Shown here one piece after another: positions 8,690-19,385 of a DNA stretch of 19,721 bases (within the stretch, counting starts at the first letter, position 1; each line of letters begins with the position of its first letter). The translations under genes were made by a program, and so were the position numbers. A model generated the notes under the pieces. The model made no database searches, was not told the DNA's origin, and was given only the letters and a program-made list of their open reading frames with translations. This stretch comes from Octopus sinensis (lineage: Eukaryota), in NCBI RefSeq assembly GCF_006345805.1, contig NW_021824024.1, positions 1 through 19,721 on the forward strand, in the 5' to 3' direction.

Positions 8690-9358
8690 CCTGGAAGATT
8701 CTGCAGAACCACCTTAACAATCTCGAAAGTTGGCTCTCGCTAAATCGACTATCAACGAGTCCGGAAAAATCGGTCACCACGCTTATGACTTCAGCAAGGA
8801 AGCTTGGGAAAACGGTGGTGAACCTGTATCTAAATAACATGGAAATCCCGTTCAAAAAATCCCAGAAAATCCTCGGGGTGACTTACGACAGTCATATGTC
8901 TTTCTCTCAACAAGTCGGTAATATTACCACTAGCTGCATGAAGAAACTGAACATCTTGAAAGTGTTTCTCCGAAAATGCAGACAGTGGGTCAGCTTCCCC
9001 GCACGACAAGCATTATATCGGCAATTCATCGAACCCTCCCTTAGCTATGCTTGTGAGGCGTGGGGAGGGTTTATCAGTGGAACGAACCGCGCTAAAATCG
9101 AGAAAACTCAAGATCGCTTCCGAAAAGCACTACAAGGACCGAAGGAACATTTACTCATCGCCCCATTCAATGAAATCTTGAGAAGAAACCTCGGGGCTAC
9201 AGGGCCTAAAACACCACCACCACGCCCTCACAGAAATTGTGCCGGGACAAGGGAGGAGCATCGGGCAAAGTTGAGGACCCTCCTCAGAGAAGCCGGGATC
9301 ACCTGATTAATTAGTTTTATGTTTTGGAAGGTGATCTTGATTCTAATAATAATAATAA
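8690..9358 (+). mobile_element. 5'-truncated LINE 3' end (RT thumb region, I/Jockey-group-like)
   Basis: LQNHLNNLESWLSLNRLSTSPEKS..KILGVTYDSHMSF..LYRQFIEPSLSYACEAW, a short 3' UTR and a (TAA)5 tail at 9344-9358. No TSD identified. Confidence 0.88.
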
Positions 9359-9464
9359 CACCGTGATTTAATACGTCAGGTCACACTATCTCAGGAAGAA
9401 TTGGAAATTATCAAATAATGAAAGTTAAATGAAGAAGATTTGAGTGTCTTTGATAACAAGAGCA

Positions 9465-10105
9465 AGTCCTAGCGAATGCGGCTTAATAGAATAGCCAGGT
9501 CAATTGTCTTTAAGGATAAAATTTTTTACATTTTCGTTGATGATTAGTGAATACCAAACCAGAGATCACGCCCATCATTTCAAACACACCAAGTGTCAGA
9601 TTTAGTCAATTTACGACGTTATTCGTAGATAAACGACCCATATTCACGAGTTTTATAATATTAATAAGTAGCTAGGTAGTACATGTGATAAATTCTTTTT
9701 CAAAATATGCCGTGGTTGAGGTTATTAGAACGAAATCTGCAGATGAAGTGGCTTCTAGCTTAAAACGGATTATTTATTTTTTGGACCACCTATCTTTAAA
9801 CGGAAAAGAATTTAAGAAATCCAAGATGGAAAAACTATTCGAGAAATATAATATTTGACACATATTTGGATGACCACGAAACCCTTGGGTACAGGGACAA
9901 ATAGAAAGGTGTTTTCTGTATTAATTAGTTTTAGATTTAACAAGAGTGTAAAAGGTTGGATTTCATTACTGAATGAATTTCAAGTTGGATTTCATTACTG
10001 AATGAATTTCAAGTTGGATTTCATTACTAGTGAATCAAAAAATTGTTTTGGACGTTATGTCAATATTATCAAAAATATTGTCGAAGATTATAATCACATT
10101 ATAAA
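9465..10105 (+). pseudogene. Decayed Ginger2/KRBA2-SCAND3-like DDE integrase with short introns
   Basis: PEITPIIS..DLVNLRRYS..VVHVINSFSKYAVVEVIRTKSADEVASSL..FGPP..NGKEFK..HIFG*PRNPWVQGQIER/FNKSVK..IVEDYNH. Removing the 26-nt GT-AG segments at 9650-9675 and 9909-9934 restores the frame. Confidence 0.85.
9955..10028. repeat. 29-bp tandem repeat, about 2.5 exact copies
   Basis: GTTGGATTTCATTACTGAATGAATTTCAA starting at 9955, 9984 and (partial) 10013. Confidence 0.92.
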
Positions 10106-11111
10106 GGGCTACGCGAATTGGTGATTCATGTGTGAACTTTTGTAACATTTGCAACACTTACAACAGTCGAAAACGTTGGATATACTGTATGACCAAGAGA
10201 TAAATGTCTGCTATTTCCACATGGAATTGTTAATCATGCCCGGGAATAAACCAAAGCAAAACAGTATATTTCCGAACATTTCTGACCGGTTGCCATCCGA
10301 CCCTATTTCCATACTGAAGCTCATATCGGATAGGCGCAAATCTGCAACATATGTCTCAAAGGCAGCACGAGCAACTACGGCCGATGCTCTATCGACATGC
10401 ATTCACGCTGCGAACTTGTCTAAGGACGAACAGGACTGGATCCGTCTTCTGAGATTTATCCCTGGGCTCTCGGTGCCTCTATGAAATCTGATCGAGACAT
10501 CTTTAGCCACCCGAATAAAGAAAAACATCCACTCCTTCATGGCTCGGAAATACTACTCAGACTCCAATGGATGACCGAGGATCTAATTTCCCAAACCGTA
10601 GATAGGCCCGGTACACGTTGTTCAAATCAATTATTTGTCTGATAATTCAACTGCTACAAGGAAATCTACCGGATGCTATTTGTCACATACTCTTCTCTGC
10701 CAATCTCATCACTTTCGGCAAAAAATAATATCTTTTTACGTGCACATGATGTTTTTAGCCCAATTCCTCACACAAAGCTAGTATCCTTTCAACCACATTG
10801 TAGTGAGCACATACTAAATTTACTTACTATTGTAAAGATGGTAATGTAATGCAAATCTAAGCTCGAAGGTGCTTTTTATAGACAACTTCAGTCTTGTCTG
10901 TTATTAAAATCTCTATAATAATGAATTTATAATTATTATAGAATTTTTAATTTGGACAAATGGTAAAAGATAGATCTTCAATTTATCTGAATTTCCGAAA
11001 ATATCTAAAATTCGCTCATCGCCAAAAGTATTTACCGACTCCTGGCCCAATCGATTCGAAAGTTGATTTTCTTTTTTATGTTTTTAAATAAAAGTCATTA
11101 TGGTTTATAAT

Positions 11112-13109
11112 CAGTGTTCCCTCTAAGCTGCGCGCGTGCGCGGCCGCGCAGCAGTTTGCACCTTGCTGCGCAGCGAAATTTTTTTCTGCGCAGTAGAAAG
11201 TATAATATTAAAAATTGCTATTTTTTTTAATTTTTTATATGAATTTATATATTCTTATTTTCATTTCAAAACGAAAACGTGTCTATAATATTGATATGAG
11301 ACTTAAGAAAAATTCTCCTTCTTTTAAGCCGGAATGGTTGATAGAGTACGTCGAAACCTTAACACCAGATTCAAAAATTCCCCAACATGTGCAACTGGGT
11401 GATATTTTTAGTTTTTCGAAGACTGCGGAGTTGTTTGTAAAATATGTGGCGACGCTAAAGCGACTTGTGATTTTGCGAGTGGAAAAACCTGGGATATATG
11501 GAAATTGGATTATCTGAAGAGACATATTACCCATAAAATTCATTCAGATTCAATAATAAAATTAGAAGAATTCGAGCAGGAACTGAATCAGCTGCTTGCT
11601 CACAGAGTCTAAGGATGACCGACAGATGAGATTCAAATGAGTGATCGTGCACGAAGTAAAATTGAAAAAGTGAAAATTCTCATTGACAATGTTATTTTGG
11701 CTCTCTCCATGAATGCTTCATTACTTTCTGTTATGAATATACATGATCATATGGCAAAATATGTAGAACTTCCTGATAGCTGGCGAAGTAAAAATTATGC
11801 ATTTGAGTTTGTTGAATGCATCGACTACGTGGTCAAAGAGATATGTATGCAGGAAATTAGAGAGTCTCGGTTCCATACACTCATTGTGGACGAAAGCACA
11901 GATATATCCGTAACCAAAATGCTTTATATATATTAAATATCGTCCTACGGGGACAAATTATCACAACAGTTTTTGCTAGCATAATGAAACTTACAAGTTG
12001 TGACAGTAATCTATTTTCATTGCAATCAAGAAATTCTACATGACAAACAATCTTGATTTTCAAAAGATGGTAATGGTTACATCAGATGGGGCATCCGTTA
12101 TGCTAGGGAGAAGAAATGGCGTGGCATCACTGATCCGTGCTGAGGTTCCTCATCTTACTGAACAACATTGCGTCGTTCACAGACAAGATCTAGGGATCGA
12201 TGATGCATGGAAAAAAAATAATCTTGTGAAAAATATTGAAATATTACTCCGGACTGTTTATACTGTTTTCAGTCGATCAAGTATAAAAAAGCTGCATTTC
12301 AGGACCTGGCTAATGTTTTTGTTGAAGATGTCGTTTCATTTAAGCCACTAAATGAAGTGAGATGGATGTCTCGGCGTGAAGATGTTGTTATCAACAACTG
12401 GTTATGGAGATACAAATACAGATGAAATCCTATGCTTTATCGAGCATGTTTATCTGCATTTACAAGAAAGATTTCCAGCTGACGAATTAAGAGAATGGGT
12501 AGCATTTGACACTCAAGCAATTCAAAATCAGACAAACTTTGAATTTGGAAAAGAGGAGATAATTAAATTAGCGAAAAATATGAAAATTTACTCTCTTCAG
12601 AAGTCCCACTCATAAAACTGCAGTCGGAATATACAGATCTCAAGTTTATTTTAAAAGAAAAACTGCACTCTGGTGCTTTGAAAACATTTGAAGATGTAAT
12701 TTACTATATACTAGCGGAGAAAAAATTTTCAGCCACTGCAACATTTGTGGATATTTGTGGCACATTTCAAGCGTCGAGTGCTGATGCTGAACGTGGATTT
12801 AGTTTGATGAACTGTATCAAAACTAAACTACGTAATAGACTTGAGATTGACCATTTGGAGATGATCATGCGAATCAAGTTCTATTTAACAAGTGGGAATA
12901 CAGTGGATCTTGATCGAGTATACAAATTTTGGATACAAAATAAAAACAGAAGAGAATATCCAATTGACTAGACCTATTTTTTTAACCATTGGTTTTTTAA
13001 TTGTAAAATTTCCCCCCCCCCCAAAATTTTTTGCACACGTCACTTTATAACGCTGCACAATGCAATGTGCCCAGCGCGCATAGCTACCACTCGCTTAGAG
13101 GGAACACTG
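11112..13109 (+). mobile_element. hAT DNA transposon (ZNF862-like transposase), 1998 bp, internally deleted
   Basis: Perfect 17-bp TIRs CAGTGTTCCCTCTAAGC (11112-11128, 13093-13109), an 8-bp TSD TTTATAAT (11104-11111, 13110-13117) and GCGC-rich subterminal repeats. Confidence 0.96.
11296..12971 (+). pseudogene. Frameshifted hAT transposase
   Basis: Across several frames: zinc finger VCKIC...LKRHITHKIH, VDESTD, TSDGASVM, HCVVHR (CxxH), EVRWMSR, an apparent internal deletion near 12375, and the C-terminal ASSADAERGFSLMNCIKTKLRNRL. Confidence 0.93.
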
Positions 13110-13127
13110 TTTATAATCCATTTGATT

Positions 13128-13203
13128 TTGACTTTTATTGAATTCCCTTTAGTACTGGAGCCAGTAGGGCTAGACCGTGGAGACGGAAAACGTCCTGACA
13201 GGT
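13128..13203 (+). mobile_element. Short RLE retrotransposon fragment
   Basis: FPLVLEPVGLDRGDGKRPD versus FPSVLEPPGLDRGDGKRPD in the 639-2838 copy; the nucleotide differences are largely at third codon positions. Confidence 0.8.
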
Positions 13204-13649
13204 CTACATTACAACGTGCTGGCCAGAAGAAAGAATTGGCAATTGACATGCTGATAAAAACAAAAAAGATAGATTAGTCAAATTATAATAATTTCATTAA
13301 AAAGATTAAAAGTAAATTATAGAAAAATATATTTAAAAATTTCAAATTAAATTGCAAAAGAATAATTTCAAAAGAAAATGGATTTTAAAGTAATAAAAAC
13401 AAAATAAATGATAAAATTCAGAAAATTTCAATAATAAAATCATTAAATGAAAGCTTATAATGTTTTATTCCTTCAAAATCAAATTCAAAATAAAAATAAA
13501 ATTAGTAAAAAAACATCACAAACAATAAGAACAAAAGCGTTTATAAACGTACCAAAAGTTTATTTAGGTAGGCCTCAAAAAATAATCAATTAATAATATA
13601 ATAAAATAAAATTAAATATTTGTTTATTTCCTAGTGAGATACGTGAATG

Positions 13650-14224
13650 ACCACTTGGCTACGAAACCGCGAGGTTGGAACGGCCTTACGTGCCAAATTA
13701 TACAATGCTTTTATTAAACCCATACTCTTGTACAACGGAGAACCATGGGGAATATCTGAGTCTGAATCAAAATCTCTTGATGCATTCCATAGAAGACAGT
13801 TAAGAATTCTTATTGGCATCAACTGGCCAAGAAAATCAAGAACTCCACCCTATACAATATCTGCAAAGCCAGACCCGTCATGTGGACATTACCGAAGCAC
13901 GTTGGCGCCTATTGGGCCACATTCTAAGACTCGACCAGGATGTTTATGCTAACTGGCAATGGAATCATATTACGCAAAGGACGAAAGATCTGCGTCCGAG
14001 GACGCCCACGAAATACATTACCTATTGTAATCTCAAAAGAACTACAACGCGTTAAAAGACAACTGAAAAATGGAGACGACCTAGATACTCTCAGGAGTAT
14101 AGCATACAACCGCACATCATGGAAAATTATGACCGAAAAGATAGTCTCATATGTGGCACATGTGGGAACTTAATTAGTTTAAATTACATTATGTTCCTAT
14201 GACAGTGCTAATAATAATAATAAT
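13650..14224 (+). mobile_element. 5'-truncated RTE-clade LINE with TSD
   Basis: KLYNAFIKPILLYNGEPW..LDAFHRRQLR..RWRLLGHILR..RGRPR..AYNRTSW (frameshifted), a (TAA)5 tail at 14209-14223 and a 13-bp TSD AGATACGTGAATG (13637-13649, 14225-14237). Confidence 0.94.
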
Positions 14225-14628
14225 AGATACGTGAATGCACAATTTGGTTCACGGTTGTCGGCAGATCCTTACATTTTTTGGATTTTCAATTTAATATCTA
14301 ATAAAATTTCTCTATTTAAATGTTAATTGTTATTTTTGGTGCTAACTTGGAATGTTATTGTAGGTAACTTTCACAAGCACCATCCAAAAACTCAAAGTAA
14401 ATTATTAACTTAAGGCGTACATTTATCGTGCTGTGATAAGTAAAACCGTGTAAAGTATGCCAGTTGTCTTAGGATATTTAATAACTAACTTAGCTAACTT
14501 TACTATAATATCTTATCACAATAAAAATATGAATAACATGTCAGAACATGTCGTTTTGTCAAACAAATTGTATCTTCGCACTAGTTCTTGACCAATCTGA
14601 AATCCAGAATAGCTTGAATAGTGTAGAC

Positions 14629-14695
14629 CAGTGGTTCCCAACCTGGGGTCCGCGGAACCCTGGGGTTCCGCAGAGCCAGTTTTGGGGTTCCGCGA
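14629..14695. mobile_element. Single terminus of a hAT (Charlie/Buster-type) element
   Basis: CAGTGGTTCCCAACCTGGGGTCCGCGG with three GGGG(T)TCCGC subterminal repeats, preceded by GTGTAGAC (NNNTANNN-type target). No partner end found in the window. Confidence 0.8.
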
Positions 14696-14804
14696 AATTT
14701 ATTATATTTATTTAATAATAGTTTTTAATTATTAAAATATATTAAACATCCACGCTCATATCTTGTTTCTCTTTTGAGTTAGTTGGTTAATTTATAAGAT
14801 TTTT

Positions 14805-15189
14805 AATGAGAAACAATAATTGCATAATGCTGAACTTGCGCATCTCGCCCCATCTGTAACGAATAATATAAAATTTTCACGTTCAATAGAAAATTTCTTT
14901 ATTACTTTGTCCACCTCAACACAAATTGTTGAAGTAGTAGGCGGATAATATAGATTGGTACACGATACTCTGAGAGAAATTGTCCATTCTATAAATTTAA
15001 ATTCAAAGAAATACTGTGTGCTTTTAAATGTTTTTTTGAAGAACGGTGCGCATCAACAAAAAATTTTGTGTCACACCGTACAACAGTTGAGCAATTGGAG
15101 CAAAATAAATTCCCTTCACTGTCAATAACAAACTCGGGGAATTTCTTTGCATAAAATGAAATTTTCTGTGACACTGTCCTTTTACCCAT
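14805..15189 (-). pseudogene. Internally deleted hAT transposase remnant with CGGBP1-like zinc finger
   Basis: LFCSNCSTVVRCDTKFFVDAHRSSKKH (C2H2/BED-like), followed after a deletion by TTSTICVEVDKVIKKFSIERENFILFVTDGA (second catalytic Asp context). Confidence 0.7.
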
Positions 15190-15340
15190 TACAACAAACA
15201 ACTAAAACACGTTTTATAATCTTTTACTTATAATTATATTATTTTTAATAAAAAATTTTTTTTTAATTTAAAAAATTGCAAAAAATTGTAAAATGACTAC
15301 AAAAAATTGCCAAAAATGCAAATTTAAATCGATAAAAATA

Positions 15341-17700
15341 TAGAAGAATAGAATAGAATAGTGTTTATTGAGCGAAAAGAAAAAGAAAAACAAGGAAGAA
15401 AAACATCGGCGGGGAGATAAAAACAAGGCACCGAAGTGTCTCTTTCCATGCGTATCCCCAATACTAGTCATGTTTGACGACAATTCTCCAAGACCATCCG
15501 GATCGTGGGCACAGAGGATTCTTGTGAGTCTTTTAGCCTTCCGTCAAGTTGTACTCCGTAAGCCAATTTCATAGCGAAACGTCTTGTCTTTTCCAACTGT
15601 TCGATCAGGTAGTCACTCTCCTCCGTACCGTACCAGCCCTCGTAGCCATATGTGAGGACTGGCTGCACACACGTTTTGTATACGTAGATGTACGTTTCCG
15701 GATCCAGATGGAACCTGGTTAAGCTTTTGAGGATCCTCACACTCCTCTTTCTCTGATTTGCTATATGCTCTACGTACGAGCCACGACAGTTAATGGTTGC
15801 TCCCAGGTAAGAAAGATTTTTTCTTTTCGAGAGATCCATCACATAGCTACTCATCGCATATGCACAAGACTCCGCATAGCGACTCCCTCTCCGCAACCAT
15901 GAAATGGTGCTCTTCTCCGGTGCTAGGGTCAAACCCTTCTCTATAGTCCACATCTTTAGCGTTGCAATGTATGATTTCAGTCGTCTCCAAGACTGCGATA
16001 TCCTTTTCGAGGTATCCATGACCAGGATATCGTCAGCATAGATAACGAGCTTGCCAGTACGTGTCGACGGCAGAGGAATGTCCGCCAAGAAGAGGTTGAA
16101 CAGAAGTGGACTCAAGATAGATCCCTGCGGGACTCCCCTTCTAAGTTCCACACACCCCGATAGGCGGTTTCCACAGCGGACAAATGATTGTCTTCCTGAC
16201 AAGAAGCTCTCCAGCCATCGATAGGTCTTTATCCCGGCTCCGATGTCATGGATTCTGGAGAGTAGGCCCAGGTGCCACACGCTATCGAAGGCTTTGGCCA
16301 GATCCAGACACACCACAGTTAGCCATGCTTCATTTCTGTCAGCACGGGATAATTGGTGCTCTAACTCCCTGAGGCAGTCCCCTGTGGATCTTCCTCCACG
16401 AAATCCCCATTGTTCAGGTAAAAGCAAATTTTGTGATTCTATATGACCAGAGAGTCTGTTAAAGACAATCTTTTCCATTGTCTTAGAGAAAGCACAAATG
16501 AGGCTAATTGGCCGGTAGTTCTGTGCCAGCAGTGTCGATTTACCAGATTTTGGAATCATTCGAACAATCGTATGCTTCCACGCCGATGGAAGGTGTCCGA
16601 ACGTCCAGCTGGCGTGAAACAACATAGTCAATGCTCGTATCAAGATTTCAGGGGCCTTCTTTAACAACTTCGGAGGGATGTAGTCGAAGCCAGGCGCCTT
16701 GTTCTTCAACCCAGCAATTGCCCTTTCAACCTCTTCCTGTGTTATCGCCCCACATAATGGTCCCTCCGATAATTGCGAAGAGCCAAGCTTCTTCACAATT
16801 CGGTCATAAGTCCCTCGTGGAACGGTAGATTCGACCTCTTGAACCTGACTAAGTTGGTTCCTGAGTACTTCTGGGATACGATCAGAGGAGATATATTTCC
16901 CGTCTGGTTCTTTTAGTGAAATTTCAAATCCTTTGGCATCATTTCTGGTAAGGCGTTGATATGCTTTCCAGAAATTAGGGTTTCGCTTATCCAGTTTTCT
17001 GCATTCAGACCTCCATTTACTTTCGACCTCAGTCTTGGCCATTTTTGCAATAGTAAATTTTATCTTGTCGATCTCCAATTTCAGGCGGCATTTGATTGAC
17101 TCAACCGACATCTTCTCCTGCGATTTTCCAGGGTACCTTTCGTTCTGATCAGAGTGACAAGTTTCGAATTCATCGCTTTTGCGTTCCTTTGGGTTTCCAT
17201 ACATTTTTTAATGCATAAACATCCAGGAATTTTATGATTGACGATCTAAGGTGATCATCGAGATTGTCAATATCATCTCTGCTTCTCAGAGGCTGAGACA
17301 CGACATTTCGAAGAGAATCCCGCATATATGATTCGAATAAACTCCAGTTCATGTTCACGAGGTTGTAACCAATGAACAAGTCCTCCGTAACATTCATAGT
17401 CATCTTTATCAACATCGTTTGCGGCACGTGGTCAGAGCCAATGTCCGCTTCCAACCTCGGTATGTAACATAAGGACTAATTGATGCCGAGCATAGAAAGA
17501 GACCCAAGCGATCAGCCCTGCCTCTGTCTGCATAATGATTCAGTTCTTCCGATGTAAAGACCGAAAAACCCAAGCTACTGGCCAAGTCCTCAAGGACAGT
17601 TCCATCCATTCTTCGTAGTTTCACATCCATAACTCACATTTTTGGCCATTAAGATCTCCTGCTAGGATTGACAGGCAATTTTCCTCAAAGAACGTCCCAA
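15341..17700 (-). mobile_element. 5'-truncated APE-RT LINE (Jockey/I/CR1-group-like)
   Basis: APE remnants LAGDLNG and IGSDHVP in frameshifted pieces (17170-17680), then the RT ORF, a 3' UTR with AATAAA and a (TATTC)n-type tail at about 15341-15361. No TSD identified. Confidence 0.93.
15468..17204 (-). CDS. Reverse transcriptase portion of LINE ORF2 (578 aa uninterrupted; the annotated start reflects an upstream frameshift)
   Basis: KAPGFDYI, YRPISL, QWGFRGGRST, LDLAKAFDSV, GVPQGSILSPLLF, YADD and YLG motifs. Confidence 0.9.
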   Translation of the reverse strand: MYGNPKERKSDEFETCHSDQNERYPGKSQEKMSVESIKCRLKLEIDKIKFTIAKMAKTEVESKWRSECRKLDKRNPNFWKAYQRLTRNDAKGFEISLKEPDGKYISSDRIPEVLRNQLSQVQEVESTVPRGTYDRIVKKLGSSQLSEGPLCGAITQEEVERAIAGLKNKAPGFDYIPPKLLKKAPEILIRALTMLFHASWTFGHLPSAWKHTIVRMIPKSGKSTLLAQNYRPISLICAFSKTMEKIVFNRLSGHIESQNLLLPEQWGFRGGRSTGDCLRELEHQLSRADRNEAWLTVVCLDLAKAFDSVWHLGLLSRIHDIGAGIKTYRWLESFLSGRQSFVRCGNRLSGCVELRRGVPQGSILSPLLFNLFLADIPLPSTRTGKLVIYADDILVMDTSKRISQSWRRLKSYIATLKMWTIEKGLTLAPEKSTISWLRRGSRYAESCAYAMSSYVMDLSKRKNLSYLGATINCRGSYVEHIANQRKRSVRILKSLTRFHLDPETYIYVYKTCVQPVLTYGYEGWYGTEESDYLIEQLEKTRRFAMKLAYGVQLDGRLKDSQESSVPTIRMVLENCRQT

Positions 17701-19189
17701 TAACGTATAATTTTTTTTTTTTTTTTTTTTTTAATTATATTTAATTGCAAAAAATTGTATTAAATTATATTTAATTGCAAAAAATTGCAATGGTTGCCCT
17801 AGTAATTAGCAAATATTTTATTAAAATTAAATCATAATAATTACAACTAATCTACTAAGTTTTTTGAAATTAGAATATTTATAAGATTTTCAAAGAAAAA
17901 CTAAATATGAATTTTGAATCATTTTTTTTGGCGAGGAGTGTAAATGCTAAAGTTGAGATAATTCTTGGTTTAAAAATGTATTTTATTTCTAGCGGATAAT
18001 CATGATGTGCTTAATTCGGAAATTCACACAAAACAATTTTGAAGTGATAAAAAGACACAATTTATGTCAGTTTATTGAATTCGGATTTCCAGTTTTAAAA
18101 AATCAAAAAATAATAATTGAAAGGTCAAAAAATACCAGTTTACTTTCCATTTGTATTCTAATTAATTTATTTTAATTAGGGATTTACAAGTACACTAATT
18201 TAGAAAATTTTTAATGGAAAAAAACTAATTTCATGTGCGAAATTTGATATTAATTGCACCTTGCCGCCAAACAATTTAATTAATGTCAAAATCAGGGTCA
18301 ACTAGCCACCATTCGTGAATAATTAATTAATTAATTCATAAAGGAAAAGGAATTTAATAAGTAAATTGCTTTAATTTATTTTGAATCTTTTAATTATCCT
18401 CATATCCAATGGCTAGATTAATGTGTTGTATTTTTAGGCAAGTAAAAAAATTGAACGTTTGAAAAATCAACTAATAGATGTGAACTAGCATTATCCAACA
18501 ACATTAATATATTTTTTTCTTCTGAAAGCATTCTTGGATTTATTTTTAAGATCCAGGTTTTAAAAATGTCAATTGTCATCTAAAAGAATGCATGACGTTA
18601 AAAACATCAAAATTAAATTGTTTTCAGCAAAGAAAAAAATGTCAAAACAGACATTTTATGACCCTTCTCCAACTAAAAAATTTAAATTTTTAAAAAAAAA
18701 TTAGAATAAATCGGCATAGTCCAATTTTTTAAATTTTCGATCTAATATTCATAAAAATTTTCATTAATTCATTTAGTGGCTATTTTCGTGCAGGATGAAA
18801 TGCAAAAGTACCCACAAATATTGCTAATCGAGTCAGTTGTGGAAGGGTTTGCTTCCACTTCGAACAAGAGGGCTTGCAGAATGGCGGAGATTTTGAGAAA
18901 TGGGTTAGCAGGTTGGATTCTGAAACCAACGAGGACTGGACGTGAGTATGACATTTACAACGAGGACATTTGGCGACAGACCCTTAGACATGACATATTT
19001 GAAGAATGTCAGTCGACAGCACGTGGCCACCAATTGAGGAAATTGGTTTGTAATTACTTGGTTTGTAATCACTTCAAAAACTCGGTCAGGTTGTTCAATT
19101 TGAGCTGCGACATTATTGTGGACACTACCCGATGGTCGCGGAGGTCAGCACCGAAAGTGTCCTCTAAACATTAACGGACACTCCGCGTG

Positions 19190-19385
19190 TCAGTATTCAA
19201 GCCGGGTTTTCCTCTTCGTAGTGAGTGGGGTAGCCCAGTTGAAGGTAGTAGAGCACAGAGGACAGTACTTGGGGGTGTCTTTAATTCGCGACATGCACTT
19301 TTGTGAATGACATGTTCGCAGGACGTCACCGACACTTATCACACAAAACAGGTTTATCACCAAATTGACCACTCTTCAGTGGTGA
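19190..19385 (-). pseudogene. Decayed RING-H2-like zinc-finger coding remnant
   Basis: TSCEHVIH, then a 1-nt frameshift in an A run, then KCMSRIKDTPKYCPLC, giving C-x-H-x2-H-x2-C-x10-C-x2-C. The first Cys pair is degenerate (EEWSIW, or LCDKC in another frame). Confidence 0.5.

Noticed and set aside
9955-10028. 29-bp repeats as a possible CRISPR array
   Set aside because: The units are contiguous with no spacers and no cas genes, in a eukaryotic context; this is a simple tandem duplication.
13280-13630. Very A-rich stretch
   Set aside because: Low complexity; no frame or repeat unit I can support.
16184-16828. Four plus-strand ORFs of 62-73 aa
   Set aside because: Antisense shadows of the LINE RT ORF.
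17930-18300. Intron-like 25-nt (17968-17992) and 27-nt (18153-18179) GT-AG segments suggesting a decayed gene
   Set aside because: The flanking putative exons contain stops and no recognisable motif; such segments arise by chance in AT-rich DNA.
18776-19174. 132-aa plus-strand ORF as a real gene
   Set aside because: No recognisable motif, and codon pattern plus the RING-like remnant favour the minus strand; not excluded but unsupported.
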